From: a bacterium
GTDB taxonomy: Bacteria; Patescibacteriota; Minisyncoccia; Minisyncoccales; UBA10102
Length of the DNA: 64,000 bases
Direction: 5' to 3'
Assembly (NCBI GenBank): GCA_030647485.1
Contig: JAUSJT010000004.1
Coordinates: 109,088 to 173,087 of the forward strand
Below, piece after piece: positions 1 through 9,307 of the stretch. A model generated the notes under the pieces. The model searched no databases. It was not told the DNA's origin and saw only the letters and a program-made list of their open reading frames with translations. Position numbers and translations under genes: made by a program. How positions within the stretch are numbered: position 1 is the stretch's first letter; every line of letters begins with the position of its first letter.

Positions 1-186
1 AAAGCAAAAGGAAGCCTGCTCTTTACTACTATTAGAGTTATCGGTCCGCAGAAGGTATTCCAGGAGGCGGTCCCATCACGTGTCACGATCATTGGCACAT
101 CCGGAAGAAGCGATATCTTCCGCATCTGGTCCAATCAAGAGGAAGTCATGGAATCAGCTCAAGCTGAAGTCGCAGAGCTTCAGTGA
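1..186 (+). CDS. hypothetical protein, 3' end only (runs off window start)
   Basis: Frame 1 open from base 1 to TGA 184-186; followed by a terminator-like hairpin. Confidence 0.5.
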   Translation, partial: KAKGSLLFTTIRVIGPQKVFQEAVPSRVTIIGTSGRSDIFRIWSNQEEVMESAQAEVAELQ

Positions 187-200
187 GTGGGTTTGTTAGC

Positions 201-230
201 AGCTCCGCTTTTGCGGGGCTTTTTCTTTTT
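201..230 (+). terminator. intrinsic terminator
   Basis: agctccgc-tttt-gcggggct stem followed by T tract. Confidence 0.7.
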
Positions 231-279
231 GAAAAGAGGTCGCCAAAAGAGTGGTTTTTTGTTATGCTAGACAGGAAAT

Positions 280-1125
280 ATGAAACATGTGAGCTTTACG
301 CAGCTGATGACCTATGTGAGATGCCCAGAGCATTATTTGTTTCGTTATGTATTAGGTATAAAGCGTCCTCCAGGGAAAGCCCAGAAGCATGGGTTTGCGC
401 TTCACGAGACCTTTGCGTATCACTTTGACCAGAAAAAGAAGGATTCTAAAGGGTTGAATGCACGAGAGGCAAAGGAGTTTTTCGTTGAGGTATTCCGGAG
501 TGCGTTAGAAGAATATGAAACGGAGATGGAGGAGACGAAACGTCTCATCACAAAAGAATTCCTTTCAAAGGAAAAGGGGATTGATGTGAATCAGCTTGTT
601 GCCACGGGCTTGCGGGGCATTGATGTGTATTTCAGGGATATGAATCCGAAGATCTCACCAGATTTAGTTGAGGAACCATTTTCCATCCCAACTGCGAGTA
701 AGGTGGATCTTGTAGGCAGGATAGATATGACTGATAAGAAGGGGGTTATTCACGAGTTAAAGACCACGAGGCGCATGCCCAATGCCCAAGATATTCAACT
801 AGATCAGCAGCTCGCCATTTACCAACTGGCCTACCAATCACTCAAGGGTAAGCTTCCTAAAGGTATTACCAAAGATTACATTGTATTCTCAAAGCGCGAC
901 GCCAAAATAGTTCAGTTTCGCGTGGACAAGCCTTTCTTTGACAAGAACGTGGTGTTCCGGAATATAGCTGTCATCATGGAGGCAGTACGGCGCAACATTT
1001 TTTACTGCATTCACCCTGCAGAGAGCTGGGTATGCTCAAAAGAATGGTGCGGGTTTTACAAACTTCACAAAGAGTTGCGAGAGAAGGGGTTCGCAAAATT
1101 TATGCTACAATACTCAAGGAAATGA
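280..1125 (+). CDS. PD-(D/E)XK nuclease family protein (RecB/Cas4-like)
   Basis: N-terminal SFTQL..Y.RCP, G..LH motif, GRID...ELKT catalytic motif, QLAIY, C-terminal Cys cluster. Confidence 0.8.
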   Translation: MKHVSFTQLMTYVRCPEHYLFRYVLGIKRPPGKAQKHGFALHETFAYHFDQKKKDSKGLNAREAKEFFVEVFRSALEEYETEMEETKRLITKEFLSKEKGIDVNQLVATGLRGIDVYFRDMNPKISPDLVEEPFSIPTASKVDLVGRIDMTDKKGVIHELKTTRRMPNAQDIQLDQQLAIYQLAYQSLKGKLPKGITKDYIVFSKRDAKIVQFRVDKPFFDKNVVFRNIAVIMEAVRRNIFYCIHPAESWVCSKEWCGFYKLHKELREKGFAKFMLQYSRK

Positions 1126-1838
1126 AAAACTCATATACCGTCATTCATCTTGGGGGATCCATTGTGGTCCCCCATATTTCAGACCAAGGGGGAATGAATA
1201 TTCCCTTTTTAAAGAAGTTTCGAGTATTTCTGCAAAAAGAGTTAAAGAAAGGAAGGCGTTTTCTCATTGTTATTGGAGGTGGAAAGACCGCCAGGGCATA
1301 TCAGAAATCAGCATCTAAAGTAGTGAAGATAAAAGATTATGATTTAGATTGGATTGGTATTCACGCAACGAGGTTAAATGCGCATCTCTTGCGCACTATT
1401 TTTGAAAAGGAAGCATATCCTGTTGTTATTGATCACGATCCCGAACAGGAAGAAGTGCAGATGTTAAAGTCTTCAAATAAAAAGCTTTTCTTTGCTTCAG
1501 GATGGAGACCTGGATGGTCAACCGATTATATTGCAGTGGAATTGGCAAGGAAATTTGGAGTACAGGAGGTTATCATCGCAAAAGATACTCCCTTTGTGTA
1601 TGACAAGGACCCTGGAAAATATGCTGACGCAAAGCCGATGCATGCACTATCTTGGAAGGAATACAAAAAGTTTGTCCCCAAAACATGGAGCCCTGGGTTG
1701 TCTTCTCCGGTGGATCCTGTCGCAACCCGCCTTGCAGAAAAGGTGGGCATTACCGCCAAGATTTTACAGGGAACAAATCTTCACAATTTCCAGAAGGCAA
1801 TCCAAGGGAAGTCCTTTGAGGGAACTACAATATCCTGA
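1122..1838 (+). CDS. pyrH: UMP kinase, archaeal-type
   Basis: LGGS, GGGKTAR.YQ, DWIGIHATRLNA, GW.PGWSTD, YDKDP motifs; ATGA overlap with upstream gene. Confidence 0.85.
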   Translation: MKNSYTVIHLGGSIVVPHISDQGGMNIPFLKKFRVFLQKELKKGRRFLIVIGGGKTARAYQKSASKVVKIKDYDLDWIGIHATRLNAHLLRTIFEKEAYPVVIDHDPEQEEVQMLKSSNKKLFFASGWRPGWSTDYIAVELARKFGVQEVIIAKDTPFVYDKDPGKYADAKPMHALSWKEYKKFVPKTWSPGLSSPVDPVATRLAEKVGITAKILQGTNLHNFQKAIQGKSFEGTTIS

Positions 1839-1924
1839 GATAAGGGCAGGGCTTTTCATCCATTGCTTTTTTTCAAGAAATTCTGCATACTTATTACAAT
1901 CTGTGAGATAGAAAGGAGGGGACG

Positions 1925-2629
1925 ATGGTTATTCGGATTACGCCCGTGAACATCGCCCTTGTTGCGGTGTTCATTGGGTTGCCAATCTTGCTGTGGACGA
2001 ATGAAATGCTCTTTGTACGATGGTTTAGCGGGACTTCAGGGTTGCTGGCGATTACAGTGTTAGCTTTTATTGGAAACTTTACAATCCTTTTTCCAGCACC
2101 CGCGCTTGGGCTTATAATGCCTATAGTGTCTCGGCTTGCAGAGCAGAATGGCCTCGTTCTGATTAGCGCGCTCTACGCATTAGGCTCTGCCCTCGGGGAG
2201 ACGAGCGGATATCTTGCAGGGAGAAAAGGGGCCGATATCCCGTTCTTTGGAGATTCTAAATGGCATCAGGCTTTAGAGGGGTGGCTTCGCGGAAAGAAAA
2301 CGGATGTTGCGCTCCTGATTCTTTCGGCGTTTCCAGTTATTCTTCCATTTGATGTGGCGGGAATAATTGCAGGGAGTATGCGGCATCCCTGGTGGCGATT
2401 CGTTGCCTCTACGTTCTTTGGCCGGTTGATCAAGTACGTGATGTTCATCCAGATGTGGCAGACGGTGGACAATCTTTCTGGATATTTCGCATGGGCCGTG
2501 TTTACCTGCGTCTTCGTTGGGTCGTGGATTATCGTATTGCGGTACAGGAAAACACTATGGATGTATCTGTCCGTCTTTTGGATGAATGTCAGAACCAGGC
2601 GCATTCGTATTAAGCTAGCATGGGCTTGA
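1925..2629 (+). CDS. VTT/DedA (SNARE-associated) family membrane protein
   Basis: Hydrophobic; GSALGE.SGYLAGR, PFDVAGIIAG, F.GRLIKY motifs; AAAGGAGG upstream. Confidence 0.75.
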   Translation: MVIRITPVNIALVAVFIGLPILLWTNEMLFVRWFSGTSGLLAITVLAFIGNFTILFPAPALGLIMPIVSRLAEQNGLVLISALYALGSALGETSGYLAGRKGADIPFFGDSKWHQALEGWLRGKKTDVALLILSAFPVILPFDVAGIIAGSMRHPWWRFVASTFFGRLIKYVMFIQMWQTVDNLSGYFAWAVFTCVFVGSWIIVLRYRKTLWMYLSVFWMNVRTRRIRIKLAWA

Positions 2630-2630
2630 T

Positions 2631-2663
2631 AGGCAGGGTCTAAGACCCTGCCTCTTTTCTTTT
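2631..2663 (+). terminator. intrinsic terminator
   Basis: aggcagggtc-taa-gaccctgcct 10-bp stem plus T-rich tail. Confidence 0.75.
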
Positions 2664-2789
2664 CGTGAAGCTTTAATCGGACTAAGTTTTTTGGTTATGC
2701 TTGCGAAGAAGGGAATTGTACGGTATAGAAGAGATAGCTATCGCAGAGTTTTTCTGCATCTTATATCTAGCATCATTGGAGGTGCAATT

Positions 2790-3494
2790 ATGGCTAAGTT
2801 AGGGACCTACTCTTACCCGGATATCCGCTACGGCGATGCAGTAGAAATCGCCGGACGAATCCTGAGTAAGTTCCGAGGCACAGTGACCGTCAAAGGTCTG
2901 GCCTGGGAGCTGACCATGGCAGAGAACAGCGGCACCCTCTTCGCCAAAATTGCCGCGCTCAGGGACTTTGGCTTGGTAGAGGGGCGGGGAGAGCTAAGGA
3001 TTTCAGACCTGGCCCGTAGGATTATCCATCCCGCCAACCCTGAAGAGAGTCGTCAGGCCCGCATCGAAGCTTTCCATCGGGTGGACCTGCTGCGAGCGCT
3101 CTACGAGAAGTTTGAAGGCGAAGCTCCAGACGACTCTGCCCTGCTGATAACCCTGGAGGAGATTACTAAGGCGCCTCGGGAAGAGATTGTGCGACGATTC
3201 AGTCTTATTCAGAAACATCTGGGTGACGTAGCCCGGGCGATGCGGCCTATATCGGCCCCGATGAGCGCAGAACATCCTCCTAGCAGCCAGCCAAGATTTT
3301 CCGCAACGTCTCCCCAGGAGGAGCATCCGTCCCAGGAACCTTTGGCGGATAGCTCAGTCCTTTATCTGGTTGCCGGCGAGGCCCGCCTCAATGTGCCTCT
3401 GACCCCCGAGTACATAGACGTGGCCATTGGTCTGCTCCGCGCCATGCGGACTTCACTGGAGGCGGCACAGGGGGCAAGGCCTGCCTTAGGTTAG
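2790..3494 (+). CDS. hypothetical protein with probable N-terminal winged-helix domain
   Basis: ATG 2790 after GGAGG; LA.EL...SGT...IAALRDFGLVE pattern resembles a wHTH; visibly more GC-rich than neighbours. Confidence 0.6.
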   Translation: MAKLGTYSYPDIRYGDAVEIAGRILSKFRGTVTVKGLAWELTMAENSGTLFAKIAALRDFGLVEGRGELRISDLARRIIHPANPEESRQARIEAFHRVDLLRALYEKFEGEAPDDSALLITLEEITKAPREEIVRRFSLIQKHLGDVARAMRPISAPMSAEHPPSSQPRFSATSPQEEHPSQEPLADSSVLYLVAGEARLNVPLTPEYIDVAIGLLRAMRTSLEAAQGARPALG

Positions 3495-3521
3495 GGCAGT
3501 AGGCTCCCCTAGGAGAAAAGC

Positions 3522-3561
3522 AGAGAGGTGTTGTGGCAACAACCCTCTCTTTTATTTTTTT
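3522..3561 (+). terminator. intrinsic terminator
   Basis: agagagg...cctctct stem followed by T tract. Confidence 0.6.
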
Positions 3562-3596
3562 GTTATTCTCCTATTTTGTGATACACTTTTACTGCT

Positions 3597-3656
3597 ATGA
3601 GTCTTTCTGTTGGCATGGTTGGGACACAACCCGACATGAGGAGGGGGAGAGATTGA
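3597..3656 (+). pseudogene. relic of ychF 5' end (MSLSVGMVG...)
   Basis: Translates MSLSVGMVGTQPDMRRGRD*, matching the N-terminus MASLSVGIVG of ychF at 4245. Confidence 0.65.
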
Positions 3657-3756
3657 TACCGTTTGAGTTTAATATCCAGCTTTCTATAAGATGTTAGACG
3701 TCGTACGTCTAACACTTTACCAAATCGCTAGAAGGTTCCTTATCTCCGCGCGGAGC

Positions 3757-3786
3757 TTGCTTTATTCATTTAGCGATAGTACTATA
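3757..3786 (+). promoter_or_regulatory. sigma70-type promoter of hicBA (leaderless)
   Basis: TTGCTT-17 nt-TACTAT, ATG 6 nt downstream; -10 lies inside palindrome ATAGTACTAT. Confidence 0.55.
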
Positions 3787-3791
3787 GATAT

Positions 3792-4010
3792 ATGACATAT
3801 AAATCCACCGCAGTTATTAGAAAAGAAGGCAAATGGTTTATTGCCCGTTCTTTGGAGTTGGGTGTAACCAGTCAGGGCAGAACCATTGAAGAGGCAAAGA
3901 ACAATCTTATAGAGGCAGTTGAGTTATACCTTGAAGATATGCCAAAGAGTAGAAGTGTCCTTACTCGAGAAGCACCCTTGGTTACTTCTATAGAAGTTGG
4001 CCGTGGCTAA
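3792..4010 (+). CDS. hicB: type II TA antitoxin, HicB family (short, no DNA-binding domain)
   Basis: EG.WF.A...ELGVTSQG.TIEEA..NL.EAVELYLE signature. Confidence 0.85.
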   Translation: MTYKSTAVIRKEGKWFIARSLELGVTSQGRTIEEAKNNLIEAVELYLEDMPKSRSVLTREAPLVTSIEVGRG

Positions 4011-4227
4011 AACGTTCTCTGGAAAAGAAGTGATGAAAGTTTTAATCCGTGAATTCGGATTTTCTTTTGTTTCCCAGAAAGGAAGCCATGCAAAATTGAA
4101 AAAGAAAGTACGAGGGAGAATCGTTACGACGATTGTGCCTATACATAGAGAACTGGCGCATGGGACGCTTCTCGGCGCTTTGGAGCTTGCTGGAATAGAA
4201 GAGCAGGATTTCAGGGAAGCAGTTTAA
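4003..4227 (+). CDS. hicA: type II TA toxin, HicA family
   Basis: SGKEV.K.L...GF....QKGSH, VP.H.EL..GTL motifs; GTG start overlapping hicB. Confidence 0.85.
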   Translation: MAKTFSGKEVMKVLIREFGFSFVSQKGSHAKLKKKVRGRIVTTIVPIHRELAHGTLLGALELAGIEEQDFREAV

Positions 4228-4244
4228 CTCAAAGAATCATCACG

Positions 4245-5309
4245 ATGGCATCATTATCCGTTGGCATTGTGGGCTTGCCTAATGTGGGGAAATCAACCCT
4301 GTTTCAGGCGCTCACGAAAAAGCCGGTGAATATTGCAAATTATCCTTTCTGTACTATTGATCCTAACGTAGGGGTTGTTCAGGTTCCGGATGAACGCGTA
4401 CAGAAGCTTGCTGATTTATTTAAATCAAAAAAAGTAATTCCCGCGGTAGTAGAATTTGTGGATATTGCAGGGTTAGTAAAGGGTGCTTCTAAGGGTGAGG
4501 GTTTGGGGAATCAGTTTCTTTCACATATCCGTGAGACTGACGCTATCTGCCAGGTAGTGCGCTGTTTTGAAGATCCAGACATCATTCATGTGGAGCAATC
4601 TGTGGATCCTGTACGAGACATTGATACGGTAAATACCGAACTCTTGTTAAAAGACTTGGAAACCGTTGAAAAGCGCTTGGGAACCATGGAAAAAGAAGTG
4701 AAGGGAGGGGATAAAGAAGCAATAATCAACTATCCAATCTTGCAGGAGTTCAAAATCACCCTTGAAAGGGGAGTGTCTGCGTTTTTGTATCAAAAAGAAC
4801 ATCCCGAAGCAAAAGCTGTGTTCAAAGAACTTCAGCTTTTGTCTGCAAAGCCTGTTATATATCTTTGCAATACGGACAAAAAAGAAATCTCGGAAGTTCT
4901 TAAAAAGAAGATTGGAGAGCTACACTCTTCTTTTGTTATCTTGAGCGCGAGAGAAGAATTGGATATTGTAAGTCTTTCAGAGCAAGAGGTGTTGGAGCTT
5001 GGCTTGAATTCTAGACTCCCCGCTTTGATTCAGAAAGCGTATGAGATTTTGAATTTGATTACTTTTTTTACAACTGGTCTTGACGAAACAAGGGCATGGA
5101 CGATTGAAAAGGGGATGACAGCGCCCCAGGCAGGAGGGGTTATCCATAGCGACTTTGAAAAGACATTTATCCGCGCAGAAGTCATACCGTGGAACGTACT
5201 ATTGGAAGTGGGAGGGTATACCCAGGCGTACGAAAAAGGTCAGGTCCGTACCGAGGGGAAAGAATACGTGGTGCAAGACGGGGATGTCATTGAAATCAAG
5301 CACGGCTAA
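4245..5309 (+). CDS. ychF: redox-regulated ATPase YchF
   Basis: GIVGLPNVGKST, NYPFCTIDPN, DIAGLVKGAS.GEGLGNQFL, TGS domain. Confidence 0.97.
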   Translation: MASLSVGIVGLPNVGKSTLFQALTKKPVNIANYPFCTIDPNVGVVQVPDERVQKLADLFKSKKVIPAVVEFVDIAGLVKGASKGEGLGNQFLSHIRETDAICQVVRCFEDPDIIHVEQSVDPVRDIDTVNTELLLKDLETVEKRLGTMEKEVKGGDKEAIINYPILQEFKITLERGVSAFLYQKEHPEAKAVFKELQLLSAKPVIYLCNTDKKEISEVLKKKIGELHSSFVILSAREELDIVSLSEQEVLELGLNSRLPALIQKAYEILNLITFFTTGLDETRAWTIEKGMTAPQAGGVIHSDFEKTFIRAEVIPWNVLLEVGGYTQAYEKGQVRTEGKEYVVQDGDVIEIKHG

Positions 5310-5311
5310 TT

Positions 5312-6457
5312 ATGGTATTTTTTGAGGTTGCAAAGAAAAGCAAAAAATCAAAGGCAAGGGCTGGGATTCTCCATACTTTACACGGGGATATTCTTACTCC
5401 TGCGTTTGTTCCCGTTGCGACAAAGGGCACCCTTAAGACTATTCCGCCCAAAGATTTTAAGGATATTGGCACGCAGGTTGCTTTTGTAAATACGTTTCAC
5501 TTAACCCTGCATCCAGGAGTTGATGTTATCAAACAGTTTGGAGGTATTCATGAGTATGCAAAACTACCTATTCCTTTAATAAGCGATTCTGCTGGATTCC
5601 AGGTGTTTTCCTTGGGAGGAAAGAAGAAGATAAAAACAAGGGAAGGAGATGAGGGATTGTTGTTGAGTATAGGTGAAGAGGGAGTACGATTCCGTTCTCC
5701 CCGGGACGGGAAAGAACTCATGTTCACCCCCGAGATTTCCATGCAGAACCAAGAAAAGATAGGAGCAGACATTCTCATGGCTTTTGACGAGTGTATTCCG
5801 TCTGGAGTGAAGTATGAATATTCCAAGCAGGCGACACAGCACACGCACGACTGGCTTTTGCGGTGCATTGCTGCAAAAGGAAGTCCTTCGACTCGCTCAG
5901 CTCGCTCAGGATTGCAGCAATTCCTTTACGGAATTGTGCAAGGTGGAGTGTTTAAAGACTTGAGGGTTCAATCAGCTCAATTTGTGGCGGAGCAGGGCAT
6001 AGACGGTATTGCGATTGGTGGAGTTTCGGTTGGAGAAACAAAAAAAGAGATGAGGGAACAGGTCGGCTGGGTTGCTCCACATCTTCCGCAAGAGCTTCCG
6101 CACCATCTTTTGGGGATTGGGCGTATTGAAGATATACTGGAGTTCGTAAAGCTCGGCATAGATACTTTTGACTGCGTGGAGCCTACGCGACTTGCGAGAA
6201 ACGGAACTGTGTTTCAACGGCAAGAAACAAAATTTCTGCGCATAGATCTTCTAAAATCAAAATACACAAAAGACAAAAACCCCATTCAAAAGAACTGCGG
6301 CTGCTATGCGTGCAAGAATTTTTCCTTGTCGTTTCTGCATCATTTATTTAAAGAACGAGAACTGTTGGGATATTATCTTGCAACATATCATAATCTTTTC
6401 TTTTTTGAGCAGGTCTTCAAAGAACTGCGCCAAAGCATTGCGCAGGGTAAACTATAG
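5312..6457 (+). CDS. tgt: tRNA-guanine transglycosylase
   Basis: TPAFVPVAT, DS.GFQVFSL, GIVQGG, HLLGIG, DTFDCV.PTR, C.C..C zinc site. Confidence 0.93.
   Translation: MVFFEVAKKSKKSKARAGILHTLHGDILTPAFVPVATKGTLKTIPPKDFKDIGTQVAFVNTFHLTLHPGVDVIKQFGGIHEYAKLPIPLISDSAGFQVFSLGGKKKIKTREGDEGLLLSIGEEGVRFRSPRDGKELMFTPEISMQNQEKIGADILMAFDECIPSGVKYEYSKQATQHTHDWLLRCIAAKGSPSTRSARSGLQQFLYGIVQGGVFKDLRVQSAQFVAEQGIDGIAIGGVSVGETKKEMREQVGWVAPHLPQELPHHLLGIGRIEDILEFVKLGIDTFDCVEPTRLARNGTVFQRQETKFLRIDLLKSKYTKDKNPIQKNCGCYACKNFSLSFLHHLFKERELLGYYLATYHNLFFFEQVFKELRQSIAQGKL
5882..5913 (+). repeat. CCTTCGA...CTCAGG-type hairpin repeat inserted in frame in tgt
   Basis: agtccttcgactcgctcagctcgctcaggatt encodes SPSTRSARSG; related copies at 19938-19958(-), 30072-30090(-), 32286-32306. 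Confidence 0.6.
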
Positions 6458-7618
6458 AGAGTATTTTTCTTGGTCTACTACAAGCCCGTTCTGGTCCAGA
6501 AGTTCTATGGTATCGAATCTCTGCGTCAGAAGGTTCATATTCATATACACGTGCCACTCGTTTGTTGTAAAGCCAGATTCGTCCGCATGCCTTATAAAAC
6601 AACTGTTATATGTGAACCCAGTTGCCAGATCTGCCAGGTATGAGGTGCATTGGGTGTCCGCTTTTACCGTGATGTCTTTGGAATAATCTGGGAACTCGCA
6701 GGAAGAAAAGTTTATTTTCTTGAATATAAAGTCCTGGCATGCCTGAAGAAAGTAGAGAAGATCTTCTTCCCTCGGTTTGTCTATAGAACAAGAGGCGGGA
6801 ACCGTAAGGGGGAATGCATACCCAGACTTTAAGTACCCCATACATGTGTTTGGCCGAAAATGTTTTCCTAATCCAAACGGGCCCCGGCTGGATGAAAGGT
6901 ATACCGTATCTGATGCCCTCATATTAATAGAATCTCCTGCCTGCAGGGATGAAAATGGATTTATCCGTTCTATGCCTAGGGGGATTTGGAATTCTCCTGC
7001 CCTTCCCCGAATCTTCCATCCCGTGATGCTTATCTCTTCTCCTTGTTTGAGGTTTGCCCTGAGTGTTATAAGCGACGGAGTAGTAGTGCTTAAGGAAGAG
7101 ATTGTCACTTTCTGGAAATAGGGAGAGACGTTGATGGAAAATGTTCTTGAGGCGGGAGTTTGATCAACAACGGTGTTGAGTTTTGCTCGCGCAAAAAGCG
7201 TATATTCCTTTGGCCCTGCTGGTAGATTGAGGATTCTTGCGTTTGAGCTTTGAACCCAGTCAGAATCAATGCCTTGAATTTTACTCTCAAAGCTTATTGA
7301 TCCCTGGGTGTTCAGTGGATTCACAAACCCTGAAAATTCAAAGGTTACCCTAGTATCTGCAATGGATTCTTTCTCTTTTGGCCCTGTCGTAATGACAGTA
7401 TCAAGTACGAAGGAAGGAGGGGCTGGGGTTTGGGATTTCTGAAAAGCAGAAGGCGAGGGGGCTTGTTTTTGCTCTTTTTGATCAGAAGCTTTAGTAGCAA
7501 AGAAATACGGCCGTAGATGAGACAAAGAGTCTCCTACGCCCTTGAGGATGTTTCCTCCTCCACCAGAAAAGACGGTGATGAAAATGACAATAAAGATAGG
7601 GATAAGGAAAGCTATCAT
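6452..7618 (-). CDS. hypothetical membrane-anchored exported protein (Ig-like/lamin-tail-like, Cys-rich C-terminus)
   Basis: N-terminal TM helix from ATG 7618, beta-rich domains, ITGW.I and DTIELLD..G motifs. Confidence 0.6.
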   Translation of the reverse strand: MIAFLIPIFIVIFITVFSGGGGNILKGVGDSLSHLRPYFFATKASDQKEQKQAPSPSAFQKSQTPAPPSFVLDTVITTGPKEKESIADTRVTFEFSGFVNPLNTQGSISFESKIQGIDSDWVQSSNARILNLPAGPKEYTLFARAKLNTVVDQTPASRTFSINVSPYFQKVTISSLSTTTPSLITLRANLKQGEEISITGWKIRGRAGEFQIPLGIERINPFSSLQAGDSINMRASDTVYLSSSRGPFGLGKHFRPNTCMGYLKSGYAFPLTVPASCSIDKPREEDLLYFLQACQDFIFKKINFSSCEFPDYSKDITVKADTQCTSYLADLATGFTYNSCFIRHADESGFTTNEWHVYMNMNLLTQRFDTIELLDQNGLVVDQEKYSL

Positions 7619-7626
7619 AATAATGT

Positions 7627-7634
7627 AGTATACT
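7627..7634. promoter_or_regulatory. palindromic double -10 element (AGTATACT) between divergent genes
   Basis: TATACT on both strands, 6 nt from ATG 7641 (+) and 8 nt from ATG 7618 (-). Confidence 0.55.
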
Positions 7635-7640
7635 GTAGGT

Positions 7641-8054
7641 ATGGGAAAAGGAAAGAGGGTTGTTGTGTTTGGGATATTTGATGGCATTCACGACGGCCAT
7701 CGGAGTTTGTTCTCACAGGCGAAAGAGCACGGTGATGAACTTATCGTTATAGTTGGTAGGAATTCCGCTTCCTTGAGGTGGAAGGGGAAGAAACCGCGAT
7801 ATTCCCAAAAAGAGCGTCTCCAGCTTGTTTCTAAAGAAGGGGGCATTGATCGCGTGGTACTCGGGGATGAAGAACAGTCCTCCTATGGGGTTTTCGAAGA
7901 GTTACATCCTGATGTTGTTTGCGTGGGTTACGACCAAGACGCCCTTTGGAAAGATCTTCAAGAATGGATCGTCAAGGAAAAGAAGGGCATTAAGATCGTT
8001 CGTCTTAAATCTTACTATCCCAAAACCTATCACAACTCAAAACTCCAAAGATAA
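7641..8054 (+). CDS. cytidylyltransferase-like protein / FAD synthetase RibL-like
   Basis: G.FDGIHDGH (HxGH) motif, GDELIVIVGR, PDVVCVGYDQ. Confidence 0.8.
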   Translation: MGKGKRVVVFGIFDGIHDGHRSLFSQAKEHGDELIVIVGRNSASLRWKGKKPRYSQKERLQLVSKEGGIDRVVLGDEEQSSYGVFEELHPDVVCVGYDQDALWKDLQEWIVKEKKGIKIVRLKSYYPKTYHNSKLQR

Positions 8055-8121
8055 ATTTATGCAAGGAAATGGGATTTTGAAGTTCTTTACAAATTCTTTT
8101 TCTCAGGGTATAATCTCTTTC

Positions 8122-8282
8122 TATGCCCCGTACGAAATTTACACAGGCATAGTCACGCGAAGCGCGAGGGGCGAATAGCCCCATCCTTTCATGGGCGCAG
8201 CGCTTCGCCAATGACAGCATGCACCTATTCGGTGCGCGCACTGCGCAATGTAATAATATGGTAAATTTCTAACGGGGTATGC
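8122..8282 (+). mobile_element. start-codon element copy 1 (156-nt insert, TATGC direct repeats) before atpB
   Basis: TATGCCCCGT...ACGGGGTATGC; near-identical to 38750-38910 and 40725-40885; second ATG is the atpB start. Confidence 0.8.
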
Positions 8283-9022
8283 ATATATCGCTACGGCCAG
8301 AAATTATTGGAACACTCTTTGGCATTCCCATTACCAACAGCTTGATTCTTTCTCTTATAACCGCTTTTCTTCTTGTTGGAGGCGGTTTTTTGCTTGCGCG
8401 TTCTTTGCGGATGATCCCAGGAAAAGCGCAAAATGCCATTGAAACGCTCCTGGAAGGAATCCTCGCCTTCATGGGCCAGACATTAGGGAATAAAGAGCAA
8501 GCGAAGAAATTCTTTCCTCTTGTAGCCACCATATTCTTGTTTATCCTGTTTAATAATTGGATCGGGGTGCTTCCTGGAACCGGGTCTCTGGGATTTTTTG
8601 AAGAAAACCAAGGAGTAAGAACATTTGTTCCTTTGTTTCGTTCTGCGAACAGCGATCTCAATACCACGTTTGCCCTAGCTTTAATCTCCATGGCCGCCAT
8701 TCAGTGGTATGGAATACGAAAGCTGGGGTTCTTGCGCCATATCTCCAAGTTTCTCGTGTTCACCAAGGGCCCGATTGATTTCTTCGTGGGGATATTGGAG
8801 TTGATAGGAGAGTTCGCAAAGATTCTGTCATTCTCGTTTAGGCTATTTGGCAACATATTCGCAGGAGAGGTGCTCCTCATTATTATCATGGCCTTAGTGC
8901 CGGTCATAGTGCCCCTTCCTTTTATCATGCTGGAATTCTTTGTAGGCTTTATTCAGGCCTTGGTTTTTGCTATGCTTACGTTGATATTCTTGAAAATAGC
9001 AACAGCTGAGGTCGAGCATTAG
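8279..9022 (+). CDS. atpB: F0F1 ATP synthase subunit a
   Basis: PGKAQN..E, SFRLFGNIFAGE, IQALVF.ML motifs. Confidence 0.97.
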   Translation: MHISLRPEIIGTLFGIPITNSLILSLITAFLLVGGGFLLARSLRMIPGKAQNAIETLLEGILAFMGQTLGNKEQAKKFFPLVATIFLFILFNNWIGVLPGTGSLGFFEENQGVRTFVPLFRSANSDLNTTFALALISMAAIQWYGIRKLGFLRHISKFLVFTKGPIDFFVGILELIGEFAKILSFSFRLFGNIFAGEVLLIIIMALVPVIVPLPFIMLEFFVGFIQALVFAMLTLIFLKIATAEVEH

Positions 9023-9047
9023 TATTAAAGGTCACTACAAACTATAA

Positions 9048-9290
<243 letters not shown>

Positions 9291-9307
9291 CGCGCCTACG
9301 CATACCG

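Noticed and set aside
280..1125. Cas4 as evidence for a CRISPR-Cas locus
   Set aside because: No cas1/cas2 or array in the window; stand-alone PD-(D/E)XK proteins are common.
8005..8241. Minus-strand ORFs across the element (also 40742-40972)
   Set aside because: Not conserved in frame or length among the three copies and have no motif support.
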